Of a DNA stretch of 36,247 nt, positions 8,747-16,880 are shown one piece after another. The position numbers and the translations under genes were made by a program. Numbering within the stretch: position 1 is the first letter of the stretch; each line of letters opens with the position of its first letter. This DNA comes from an uncultured Bacilli bacterium (GTDB lineage Bacteria > Bacillota_I > Bacilli_A > RF39 > UBA660), in contig CALVRF010000002.1 of NCBI GenBank assembly GCA_944358495.1, positions 1 to 36,247 of the forward strand, given 5' to 3'. Below the pieces are notes generated by a model. It did not search any database. It was not told where the DNA came from and saw nothing but the letters and a program-made list of their open reading frames with translations.

Positions 8747-9088
8747 GTGAGTATCAAGTCTGAAAGAATATCCGATAGTTTAATCGAACAAATAAGTTAT
8801 ATTATCGCTAATGAAGTGAAAAACAAAGATATTAACTTTGTAACCATTACAGAAGTTAAAGTAACCGATGATTTAAGTTTTGCCAAAGTCTATTTTACCG
8901 TTTTAGATGAAACTAAAAAAGACTTAACTTTAAAAGCTCTCCAAAGTGCTAGCGGCTTTATTAGACATGAATTAAGAGATAGAGTTGATATTAGGCAAAT
9001 TCCAGAATTAAAATTTATTTATGATGAATCTATAGAGTATGGGCAAAGAATCGAAGAAAAACTAAAAGAAATTAAAGAAGCTGAGTAA
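8747..9088 (+). CDS. rbfA: ribosome-binding factor A
   Basis: GTG start after AGAGGG. Family-typical sequence (...VTITEVKVTDDLSFAKVYF...LRDRVDIRQIPELKFIYD). Confidence 0.9.
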   Translation: MSIKSERISDSLIEQISYIIANEVKNKDINFVTITEVKVTDDLSFAKVYFTVLDETKKDLTLKALQSASGFIRHELRDRVDIRQIPELKFIYDESIEYGQRIEEKLKEIKEAE

Positions 9089-9100
9089 TCTCAGTTTTTT

Positions 9101-9143
9101 CTTTACATTTTTAAAATAAATGTCAGTCTATGAAGAATAATAC
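9101..9143. repeat. copy B of the ~43-nt terminator-adjacent intergenic element
   Basis: ctttacatttttaaaataaatgtcagtctatgaagaataatac follows a short hairpin (CTGAG taat CTCAG, 9081-9094) and a T-run. It ends 10 nt before the -35 of the pilin promoter. Confidence 0.55.
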
Positions 9144-9152
9144 CAATGAGCC

Positions 9153-9182
9153 TTGACAATTAATCTTCTCAAAAGGTATAAT
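9153..9182 (+). promoter_or_regulatory. sigma-A-type promoter of pilin-like gene 1
   Basis: TTGACA at 9153-9158, 18-nt spacer, TATAAT at 9177-9182. Confidence 0.55.
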
Positions 9183-9207
9183 CAAAATAATAAAGGGTGA
9201 TATCAAA

Positions 9208-9579
9208 ATGAAAAATCAGGGCTTTACACTAATTGAGTTATTAGCAGTTATCATTTTATTAGCTATTATTGCTGCCATTACTTTCCCAATTGTTCAAGGT
9301 GCTATTAATGACTCTAGAGAAAATGCTTATGAAGAACAAGTTGAAACGATTGAATATGCCGCCGAGCGGTGGTCAACTGACAATCATGATGAACTTCCAA
9401 CTACCGATGGTGCCTCTATTTACCGTTCTATTAATTTTTTGCAAGAAGAAGGTTATTTATCTAACGATAAAGAAATTGAAGATCCTAGAGATAATACTAA
9501 AATGAATGGCTGTGTAAAAATAACCTATGATGAAAGTTATAACCAGTATGCTTATCAGTATGGTAAAGCTTGCTCTTAG
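9208..9579 (+). CDS. type IV pilin / pseudopilin-like protein with a prepilin-type N-terminal cleavage/methylation signal (paralog 1)
   Basis: MKNQG|FTLIELLAVIILLAIIAAITFP has a short basic leader, Gly-Phe cleavage site, Glu at +5 and a hydrophobic alpha1 helix. GYL motif and a C-terminal Cys pair (NGC...KAC). RBS GGGTGAT. Confidence 0.8.
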   Translation: MKNQGFTLIELLAVIILLAIIAAITFPIVQGAINDSRENAYEEQVETIEYAAERWSTDNHDELPTTDGASIYRSINFLQEEGYLSNDKEIEDPRDNTKMNGCVKITYDESYNQYAYQYGKACS

Positions 9580-9592
9580 AGTAAGCTTTTTA
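9565..9592 (+). terminator. terminator-like hairpin overlapping the end of pilin gene 1
   Basis: AAAGCTTGCT (9565-9574) pairs with AGTAAGCTTT (9580-9589) with one G-U pair, followed by a short T-run. Confidence 0.5.
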
Positions 9593-9637
9593 AAATGTTA
9601 AAAGTATGATATAATCATAAGCGAAAAGAGGTATATT

Positions 9638-10609
9638 ATGAAGTTATCATTAGTAATTCCTTGTTATAATGAAGAAGGTAATGTTCAAAAATTTGTTGAA
9701 GTAATTAGCCAAACCTTCAAAAATAAAATTTTTAACTATGAACTTATATTTATTAATGATGGAAGCCAAGATGATACGTTAAACAAATTAAAAGAATTAT
9801 GTAATAATTCTGATCAAAACATCAAAATCATTAATTTTTCTCGAAACTTCGGGAAAGAAGCTGGAATGTATGCTGGACTAAAAGAAGCTAAAGGTGATTA
9901 TATTACTATTATTGATGCCGATTTGCAGCAAGACCCTAATTATGTTTTAAAAATGGTGAAAATCTTAGATGAACACGAAGAATATGATTCTGTAGTTGCC
10001 TATCAAGATAGGCGTAAAGAAAGTGGGGTACTAACATTTTTCAAAGATACTTTTTATAAGATTATTAATAGGCTTTCTGAAGTCGAATTTGTCATGGGCG
10101 CGAGTGATTTTCGTACATTTAGAAGAAGCATGGTAAACTCCATTTTAGACATGAAAGAATATTACCGTTTTTCTAAAGGAATCTTTTCTTGGGTTGGTTT
10201 TAATAATTATTATATGAGCTATGATGTCCATAACCGTTTATCAGGAACTACTAAGTGGTCATTTTGGAAATTATTCAAATATGCGATTGACGGCATTGTT
10301 TCTTTTACCACCACGCCTTTACGTTTGGCCACTATTTTAGGACTCATTGTTTCTTTATTATCTTTGATATATTTAATTATTGTCATAATCCAAAAATTGT
10401 TTTTCTCGATTGAAATTGAAGGTTACGCGACCATTGTTACCTTAATTCTTTTCTTAGGTGGTATTCAGTTATTATGTATTGGAATTATTGGTGAATATTT
10501 AGGCAGAACTTATGTTGAAACTAAAAATAGGCCTCTTTATATTATTAGAGAGGTTATTGATAATCAGAAAGGAAAAATCAATGATACAAAAAATAAAAAA
10601 AATTTATAA
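9638..10609 (+). CDS. family 2 glycosyltransferase, polyprenyl-phosphate sugar synthase type (GtrB/CsbB-like)
   Basis: An extended -10 (TGaTATAAT, 9607-9615) and an AGAGG RBS lie upstream. N-terminal GT-A domain (VIPCYNEE, FINDGSQDDT, DADLQQDP) plus two C-terminal TM helices, as in GtrB/CsbB-like enzymes. Confidence 0.85.
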   Translation: MKLSLVIPCYNEEGNVQKFVEVISQTFKNKIFNYELIFINDGSQDDTLNKLKELCNNSDQNIKIINFSRNFGKEAGMYAGLKEAKGDYITIIDADLQQDPNYVLKMVKILDEHEEYDSVVAYQDRRKESGVLTFFKDTFYKIINRLSEVEFVMGASDFRTFRRSMVNSILDMKEYYRFSKGIFSWVGFNNYYMSYDVHNRLSGTTKWSFWKLFKYAIDGIVSFTTTPLRLATILGLIVSLLSLIYLIIVIIQKLFFSIEIEGYATIVTLILFLGGIQLLCIGIIGEYLGRTYVETKNRPLYIIREVIDNQKGKINDTKNKKNL

Positions 10610-11015
10610 TAAATATGAAGAAATCCTTAGTTATTTATTTTTTGGTGTTCTAACCACTATTGTTAGTTTTACCACTTATCTTTTATTTGCCAATACCTTT
10701 TTAGCCGAAAAAAGCGACCTAGATATTCAAATTGCCAATGTACTCTCTTGGATATGTGCTGTTACTTTTGCCTATATCACTAATAGAATATTCGTTTTTA
10801 AAAGTAAAGTAAAAGGTAAAAAACAAGCAAAAGAAATCGTTAACTTTGTAATTGCTAGATTAGCCTCTTTATTAATAGATATGGCCATGATGTATATTTT
10901 ATATAGTTTAATGCATATCGATGATACTATTGCCAAAATTATTGTTCAGTTTGTTGTTGTCGTTATGAATTATATATTTAGTAAAGTAATAATTTTTAAA
11001 AAAGAAAAGAGGTAA
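10581..11015 (+). CDS. GtrA-family membrane protein (putative polyprenyl-phosphate-sugar flippase)
   Basis: Start set at ATG 10581 after GAAAGGAAA, overlapping the GT2 stop by 29 nt. Four hydrophobic helices and GtrA-like motifs (YLFFGVLTT..., TNRIFVFKS, VVVVMNYIFSKVIIFK). Confidence 0.75.
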   Translation: MIQKIKKIYNKYEEILSYLFFGVLTTIVSFTTYLLFANTFLAEKSDLDIQIANVLSWICAVTFAYITNRIFVFKSKVKGKKQAKEIVNFVIARLASLLIDMAMMYILYSLMHIDDTIAKIIVQFVVVVMNYIFSKVIIFKKEKR

Positions 11016-11019
11016 ATAC

Positions 11020-11586
11020 ATGACAGAAAATCAAATAAATTTAAAGTGGGATTTAATAACTAAGGAAGAACTTATTCAATTGTTTTTAAAAGAGAATCAA
11101 AGTAAGTCACAAATAGCTAAATTATATAATGTTTCAGTAAATCAAGTAAAATCCAAATTAGATAAATGGAATATTAAAAAATATCCATCATATTATTTAA
11201 TCAAAAATGCCAAAAATGAGAAAGAAATAACCGATATTTTAAATGAAAAATCTTTACCTAGATTAAATCAAAAAGAAAACATTAGTTGGATAGCAAAAGC
11301 TTTAACCCATCATATTTTTAGTAATGGTCCCATAGAGGATATGCATGCTGCCGGGAAACTTACTCAGGAAGATATGAAAGCCTTAAATAAATATATGGTT
11401 AATAAAATAGCTGGATTACTTTTGCTTGCTAATAAAGGCGAATGGATTAAAATAGAGCTTTTACTTAATTTTTATAAATACTGGGGAAGCGAGTGGGATG
11501 AAGCCGAACCCGATATTAAAGATATTGAGTACATGTATAAAAACCAATTAGAGTTACTTCAAGAAGAAATGAAAGCCTTTAAATAA
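11020..11586 (+). CDS. hypothetical cytoplasmic protein with a possible N-terminal HTH (188 aa)
   Basis: ORF starts 4 nt after the GtrA stop. SKSQIAKLYNVSVNQVKSKLDKWNI resembles an HTH. No family recognised. Confidence 0.4.
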   Translation: MTENQINLKWDLITKEELIQLFLKENQSKSQIAKLYNVSVNQVKSKLDKWNIKKYPSYYLIKNAKNEKEITDILNEKSLPRLNQKENISWIAKALTHHIFSNGPIEDMHAAGKLTQEDMKALNKYMVNKIAGLLLLANKGEWIKIELLLNFYKYWGSEWDEAEPDIKDIEYMYKNQLELLQEEMKAFK

Positions 11587-11659
11587 AAAACTATTATATC
11601 TTAATTAGTATAGGTTTAATAATGACCGCATTTAAAGTAAATAGCAATGTTAAATAATA

Positions 11660-11688
11660 TTGACACTAAAAAAAAATTATGTTATAGT
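11660..11688 (+). promoter_or_regulatory. sigma-A promoter of the T-box leader
   Basis: TTGACA at 11660-11665, 17-nt spacer, TATAGT at 11683-11688, preceded by TGt (extended -10). Confidence 0.6.
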
Positions 11689-11694
11689 TAGTAT

Positions 11695-11897
11695 CAATTG
11701 ATGAAGAAAAATACCAAGTAGTTATTTAACTAGTAATCAGAAAGTTAGTGGTCGATGAAAGCTAACCAAAGTTAAATAATGAATTACATATTTGGAGTCA
11801 AATCGTATATCTGCGTTAAAGAATTAAGTGCATAGACATACTATGAAATAGGGTGGTACCGCGAATTTTCGTCCCTATATTTCATAGTATTTTTTTT
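11695..11897 (+). promoter_or_regulatory. T-box riboswitch leader, probable tyrosine (UAC) specifier
   Basis: Stem I elements: TGATGA kink-turn-like base, AGTA, AGAAAG bulge, GTTAG...CTAAC distal stem. GAA-T-TAC-A lies on the 3' side of the specifier loop (TAC at 11785-11787). T-box sequence AAATAGGGTGGTACCGCG at 11846-11863. Terminator ACTATGAAATAGGG (11840-11853) / CCCTATATTTCATAGT (11873-11888) plus a T-run. Confidence 0.85.
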
Positions 11898-11912
11898 AAA
11901 GGAGGAATAAAT

Positions 11913-12569
11913 ATGGAGATAGGCAAATATATTGATCATACCAATTTAAAAATGGATGCGACAAGTAAAGATATCGCTAAGCTATGTAGGGAAGCTATGG
12001 AATATAATTTTGAAACCGTTTGTGTTCATCCATGTTATGTTGCTTTAGCTAAAGAACTCTTAGAAGGTTCCAATGTTGGTGTAACAACAGTAATCGGTTT
12101 TCCATTAGGTATGAACACTCCCAAGACTAAAGCATATGAGGCTATTGATGCCATAGAAGAAGGAGCAGACGAAATTGACATGGTTATCAATGTTGGAGCC
12201 CTAAAAGATAAAGACTACGATTACGTCAAAAAAGAAATCGAAGAAATTAGAGATTCTATTGATGGTAAAGTGTTAAAAGTTATTATTGAAACGTCTTTAC
12301 TTACCAAAGATGAAATTATTAAAATGACAGAAATTTGTAATGAAACTTACGTCAACTATATAAAAACCAATACCGGTTTTGGTACTAGAGGTGTAACCCT
12401 AGAAGACGTTAAAACGATAAATGAACACAAAAACGAACTTTTAGAAATAAAAGCTTCCGGGGGAATAAAAAACTATGAACAAATGAATGAATTAATTGAA
12501 GCTGGTGCCAGCCGCATCGGCACTAGTAATGGAGTTTACATTGTAACTCATATAAAGGAGGAAAAATAA
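11913..12569 (+). CDS. deoC: deoxyribose-phosphate aldolase
   Basis: Start set at ATG 11913 after AGGAGG; the tracked ORF runs back into the T-box terminator. DeoC motifs IDHTNLK, VCVHP, VIGFPLG, DMVINVG, KVIIET, IKTNTGF and KASGGI. Confidence 0.9.
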   Translation: MEIGKYIDHTNLKMDATSKDIAKLCREAMEYNFETVCVHPCYVALAKELLEGSNVGVTTVIGFPLGMNTPKTKAYEAIDAIEEGADEIDMVINVGALKDKDYDYVKKEIEEIRDSIDGKVLKVIIETSLLTKDEIIKMTEICNETYVNYIKTNTGFGTRGVTLEDVKTINEHKNELLEIKASGGIKNYEQMNELIEAGASRIGTSNGVYIVTHIKEEK

Positions 12570-12570
12570 A

Positions 12571-13797
12571 ATGACATTATACGAAGAATTAAAATGGCGT
12601 GGTCTTATTAAAGATGAAGCCGGTGAAAACTTAGAAGAAAAAATAAATAAAGGCGGATTAACTTTTTATTGGGGGACTGACCCTTCAGCCGATTCTCTGC
12701 ACATTGGTCATTTATCTAGTTTACTTACGGCTAAAAGATTAGAAATGGGCGGACATCATCCAATTTTATTAGTTGGAGGTGCTACTGGCTTAATCGGTGA
12801 TCCAAGGCCAACTACGGAAAGAGCAATGATTTCTAAAGAAACGGTTGAACATAATTACAACTGTCTACATAAACAAATTAAAGATTTGTTTGGATACGAA
12901 ATGGTTAACAATTATGATTGGTCTAAGGATATTAATTTTATTGATTACCTAAGAGATTATGGAAAATACTTTAATGTTAATTATATGCTAGATAAAGACA
13001 TCATCAAAAGAAGACTAGAAAGTGGAATTACTTATACTGAATTTTCATATATGATTATGCAAGCTTTAGATTTCTTATGGTTATTTGAAAATAAAGGCTG
13101 CACCATGCAAGCAGCCGGTTCTGACCAATGGGGAAACATTACAGCTGGTATTGATTTAATTAGAAAGAAAACTGGAAAAGAAGCTTATGGCTTTACCATG
13201 CCATTAGTTACCGACAAAAATGGTAATAAAATAGGTAAAACCGCCGGTAATGCCATTTGGCTTGATAAAAATAAAACCTCAAGTTATGAATTATATCAAT
13301 TTTTCTTAAATAGTGAAGATGAAATGGTTGTCGATTATTTAAAAATCTATACATTCCTATCTAAAGAAGAAATTGAAAAAATAGCCGAAGAACATAAACA
13401 AAATCCTGAATTAAGAAAAGCTCAAAAAATTCTTGCTAAAGAAATTGTTAGTTTCTTACATGGTAAAGACGATGCCGAAAAAGCGATTCAAATGAGTGAA
13501 ACTTTATTCAGTGGCCATGTTAAAAATTTAACCACAAAAGAAATCATTGATGTCTTTAAAGGTGTTCCAACTTTTGAAGCTAAAAATAATATGAATATTA
13601 TTGATATGCTTGTAAATGGTAAAATTGCATCAAGTAAAAGAGAAGCTAGAGAATTTGTAAATGCTGGCAGTATTACTATTAATGAAGAAAAAATTACTGA
13701 CGAAAATTATAACGTGACCAAAGAATTAGCTATTGATAATGAAATATTAGTAGTTCGCCGCGGTAAGAAAAAATATTTTATAGGAAAGATAAATTAG
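12571..13797 (+). CDS. tyrS: tyrosine--tRNA ligase
   Basis: Class I HIGH motif (SLHIGHL), KMSKS-like KIGKT, C-terminal S4-like domain. Starts 1 nt after the deoC stop, with AAGGAGG inside the deoC end. Confidence 0.95.
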   Translation: MTLYEELKWRGLIKDEAGENLEEKINKGGLTFYWGTDPSADSLHIGHLSSLLTAKRLEMGGHHPILLVGGATGLIGDPRPTTERAMISKETVEHNYNCLHKQIKDLFGYEMVNNYDWSKDINFIDYLRDYGKYFNVNYMLDKDIIKRRLESGITYTEFSYMIMQALDFLWLFENKGCTMQAAGSDQWGNITAGIDLIRKKTGKEAYGFTMPLVTDKNGNKIGKTAGNAIWLDKNKTSSYELYQFFLNSEDEMVVDYLKIYTFLSKEEIEKIAEEHKQNPELRKAQKILAKEIVSFLHGKDDAEKAIQMSETLFSGHVKNLTTKEIIDVFKGVPTFEAKNNMNIIDMLVNGKIASSKREAREFVNAGSITINEEKITDENYNVTKELAIDNEILVVRRGKKKYFIGKIN

Positions 13798-13811
13798 TTT
13801 TATCTTTTTTT
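13785..13811 (+). terminator. rho-independent terminator overlapping the tyrS stop
   Basis: AAGATAAA (13786-13793) pairs with TTTATCTT (13799-13806), followed by TTTTT. Confidence 0.6.
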
Positions 13812-13849
13812 CATAAAAGTGATAAAATAGAAAAAAAGGAGAGAAAAAA

Positions 13850-14548
13850 ATGATAAAACAAAAACAAACCGGTCAGTTAATTGTTATATCCGCCCCAAGC
13901 GGTAGTGGAAAGGGTAGTATTATAAACAAGCTCTTAAAACAAAATTATCAAAATAGATGGCTATCCGTCTCTACCACCTCAAGACCTATTAGACCAAATG
14001 ACATTCCCGGAACTACTTATAATTTTGTTACTAAAGAAGAATTTGAAACAAAAATAAAAGAAGGCTATTTTTTAGAGTACGCTGAATATGCTGGAAACTA
14101 TTATGGTACTCCTAAGAAACCAATGACCGATAAACTAAACGAAGGTATTGATGTTATTTTAGAAATTGAAATTGAAGGTGCCTCTAACATCAAAAAATTA
14201 ATTCCTGAAGCTATCTTTATTTTTATCATGCCACCATCATTAGATGTTTTAGCCCAAAGATTAACTAAACGGGGAACAGATAGTAAAGAAAAAATTTTAG
14301 AACGTTTCCACACCGCTTATAAAGAAATCAATGCTGTAACGAAATATAACTATGTGGTCGTTAATGATGACTTAGATAAAGCGGTAAATAAAGTGGAGGC
14401 CATTATTCAAGCTGAAAAATGTCGTGTTGATCGTATTGAAGAAGTCTTCTTAGATACTAAAGAAGAAGAGATTCATGAATTATTATTAAAACACCACAAA
14501 GAATTTACCAATAAAGGAATTAGTGAAAAAATAAACAAGAACTCTTAA
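13850..14548 (+). CDS. gmk: guanylate kinase with a ~40-aa C-terminal extension
   Basis: AGGAGAG RBS. P-loop SAPSGSGKGS, TTSRPIRPNDIPGTTYNFV, EYAEYAGNYYGT. Confidence 0.9.
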   Translation: MIKQKQTGQLIVISAPSGSGKGSIINKLLKQNYQNRWLSVSTTSRPIRPNDIPGTTYNFVTKEEFETKIKEGYFLEYAEYAGNYYGTPKKPMTDKLNEGIDVILEIEIEGASNIKKLIPEAIFIFIMPPSLDVLAQRLTKRGTDSKEKILERFHTAYKEINAVTKYNYVVVNDDLDKAVNKVEAIIQAEKCRVDRIEEVFLDTKEEEIHELLLKHHKEFTNKGISEKINKNS

Positions 14549-14593
14549 ACTAATGAGCGATATATGATACAATTATAATAGGAGTGTAGGAAA

Positions 14594-16240
14594 ATGAAAA
14601 AAATTTATTTGTTATTTTTTATGTTAATTTGCTTATTTACTATACCAACAGTTAAAGCTAATACTTTAGATAGTATTGATACCGATGTTTATATCGATGA
14701 AAATGGCCATGGGCATGTTACGGAAGTGTGGAAGTTAACTGCTGATGAAGGGACTGAAAGCTATCATTCCTTTGGCAATCTAGAAGATAGACAAATCACT
14801 AATTTCACCGTATCTAGAGATGGCCAAAATTATACGTCGATAAATAATTGGAATGTTGATGCCACAAAACAAGAAAAAGCCAATAAAAATGGAATTAATT
14901 ATACTAATGATGGGTTAGAACTTTGCTGGGGCATTGAATATGGTAGCCATACCTATACGATAAATTACACCATTAATAATTTGGTATGGCAGTATGATGA
15001 TAACCAAATCTTATATTTTGCTTTTTTACCACAAAATATGAATCCGGCTCCGCAAAAATTGGATATTACGGTTAGAACTGACCAAACTATTAAAGATATT
15101 AAATATAGTTCATACGGTTTTAAAAGCGAAAATACCATCACTAATGGTGAAGTTAACTTTTTAAGTGATGGAAAGTTAAGCTCCAAAGAATATGCTGTTA
15201 TTTTAATTGGTTTTCCGCAAAATACTTTTAACGGCTTACAAATCACTAAACAGGGAACATATGATGATGTTGCCAATGAGGCGTTAAAAGGTGCCACCTT
15301 AAATAACGATTCATCTTTATTAGAGGTTTTACTTCCAATTATTTTCGTAATTGGTATGTTCGTTTTAGTCTTTGTTATTAATTTCATGGTTTTACGTAGT
15401 AAAGACCGTTATGATGAAAGTGAGTTTAACATTCCTAAAAAAGTTAACAATTTTAGAGATATTCCTTTTAATAAAGATATTATCGAAGCCTATTTTATTG
15501 GTCATAGAAAAGGAATAATTAAACAAGAACATATTATGGGCGCTATTCTATTAAAATGGCTCAAACAAAAACAAATAGAAATGGTCGAGACCGAAGGTGG
15601 ACTTATCGACTTTAATAAAAATGATAATTATTATATTGATTTAAACAATTTAACTGGTAGTTCCACTTATGATGCCGAAAACAAATTAAAAAGCTTTTTA
15701 ATTGAAGCTTCTGATGATAATAAACAGTTAACTCCTAAAGCCTTTAATAGTTGGTGCCGAAGAAATTATACTAGGGTAAATGATTGGTTAAAAGATTTAG
15801 AAACCGAGTCTAGAGATATTCTTGTAGATAAAGGGTACATTATTGAAAGCACAGAAAATTACACTAAAAATAAAACCCGTAAAGTTTTTAAATTCACTAC
15901 CAAATTGCAAGATGAGTTTATTAAATTAAAAGGATTAAAACAATTTTTAGAAGATATGTCAGCCATCGATGAAAAGAAAGCTATTGAAGTTCATCTTTGG
16001 GACGAATATCTAATATTTGCCGAAAGCTTTGGTATTGCTGATAAAGTTGCCAAACAGTTTAAAGATTTCCATCCGGTAGAATATGAAAATAACTACAATT
16101 ATTATCATAGTTATTTATGGATTAGTACTTTTAGTTATTCGGCTACCACTGCAGCTACTAGTGCTAGTAGTGGCGGTAGTTTCTCTGGTGGTGGTACTAG
16201 TTCTGGTGGTTTTTCATCCGGCGGAGGAGGGGTTAGATAA
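14594..16240 (+). CDS. DUF2207-family membrane protein with a Gly/Ser-rich C-terminal tail
   Basis: Signal peptide, extracytoplasmic N-domain, central TM helix, cytoplasmic domain, and a tail SSGGSFSGGGTSSGGFSSGGGG, which is characteristic of DUF2207 proteins. Confidence 0.7.
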   Translation: MKKIYLLFFMLICLFTIPTVKANTLDSIDTDVYIDENGHGHVTEVWKLTADEGTESYHSFGNLEDRQITNFTVSRDGQNYTSINNWNVDATKQEKANKNGINYTNDGLELCWGIEYGSHTYTINYTINNLVWQYDDNQILYFAFLPQNMNPAPQKLDITVRTDQTIKDIKYSSYGFKSENTITNGEVNFLSDGKLSSKEYAVILIGFPQNTFNGLQITKQGTYDDVANEALKGATLNNDSSLLEVLLPIIFVIGMFVLVFVINFMVLRSKDRYDESEFNIPKKVNNFRDIPFNKDIIEAYFIGHRKGIIKQEHIMGAILLKWLKQKQIEMVETEGGLIDFNKNDNYYIDLNNLTGSSTYDAENKLKSFLIEASDDNKQLTPKAFNSWCRRNYTRVNDWLKDLETESRDILVDKGYIIESTENYTKNKTRKVFKFTTKLQDEFIKLKGLKQFLEDMSAIDEKKAIEVHLWDEYLIFAESFGIADKVAKQFKDFHPVEYENNYNYYHSYLWISTFSYSATTAATSASSGGSFSGGGTSSGGFSSGGGGVR

Positions 16241-16252
16241 CCTCTCTTTTAA

Positions 16253-16279
16253 TATACAAAAAAAAGAGCCAAGGCTCTT
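16253..16279 (-). terminator. rho-independent terminator of rpsD
   Basis: On the minus strand AAGAGCC tt GGCTCTT (16264-16279) is followed by TTTTTTTT. The hairpin overlaps the rpsD stop codon. Confidence 0.7.
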
Positions 16280-16880
16280 ATCTGTTGTAGTATTCAATGA
16301 TCAATGCTTCATCAATATCCGCATTTAATTCACTACGTTCTGGCATTCTTACATAAGTTGCTTCCATTTTCTTATCATCATAAGAGATATATTCAACTCG
16401 GTTATGTAAAGCGTCTAAAGAAGATTTAACAATTGCTAATTCTTTATCTTTTTCCATTAAACCAATAACATCACCAGGTTTAACGATATAAGATGGAATA
16501 TTAACTCTTTTACCATTAACGGTTATATGGCCATGGTTAACTAATTGTCTCGCACCTTTTCTTGTCGTAGAAAAACCAATACGATAAACTAAATTATCTA
16601 GACGGCTTTCTAATAATTTAAGTAAGTTTTCACCATGAACACCTTTCATTTTACCAGCTAATTCAAAGAATTTTTTGAATTGTTTTTCATTTAAACCGTA
16701 CATGAATCTAACTTTTTGTTTTTCTTGTAATTGAATACCATAGTTAGAAAGTTTCTTTCTTCTGTCTTGGCCATGTTCACCAGGAACATAAGGTTTCTTA
16801 GCTAATTCTTTGCCATTTTCTAAAACCGAAAAACCAAGTCTTCTTGCTTTTTTGTACATTGGCCCAGTATATCTTGCCAT
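16278..16880 (-). CDS. rpsD: 30S ribosomal protein S4
   Basis: Start set at [16 protein letters not shown] (ATG at 16880) after GGGAGGAAA. Strongly conserved S4 sequence with an S4 RNA-binding domain. Confidence 0.95.
   Translation of the reverse strand: MARYTGPMYKKARRLGFSVLENGKELAKKPYVPGEHGQDRRKKLSNYGIQLQEKQKVRFMYGLNEKQFKKFFELAGKMKGVHGENLLKLLESRLDNLVYRIGFSTTRKGARQLVNHGHITVNGKRVNIPSYIVKPGDVIGLMEKDKELAIVKSSLDALHNRVEYISYDDKKMEATYVRMPERSELNADIDEALIIEYYNR

Noticed and set aside
2979-9143. Copies A and B as direct repeats (att sites) flanking a 6-kb mobile or integrated element
   Set aside because: The enclosed genes are core functions (nusA, infB, rbfA and others) with no integrase or recombinase. 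A third copy lies 24 kb away.
9101-9143. Reading the repeated element as a sigma-H promoter (GAAGAAT fits RnnGAATww) or as a sigma-A promoter (TTTACA as the -35)
   Set aside because: No AGGA-type -35 lies at the required distance for sigma-H. The hexamer 17 nt after TTTACA is AGTCTA/AGTCTT/GGTTTA, which is unlike TATAAT.
9269-9505. 78-aa plus-strand ORF inside pilin gene 1
   Set aside because: It is an alternative frame of a gene whose main frame carries a textbook prepilin signal.
14101-15387. Minus-strand ORFs 14101-14313 and 14965-15387
   Set aside because: They are antisense to gmk and the DUF2207 gene and have no RBS or family resemblance.
16083-16328. 81-aa plus-strand ORF overlapping the DUF2207 tail and the rpsD 3' end
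   Set aside because: It is an alternative frame of the Gly/Ser-rich tail that runs through the bidirectional terminator.
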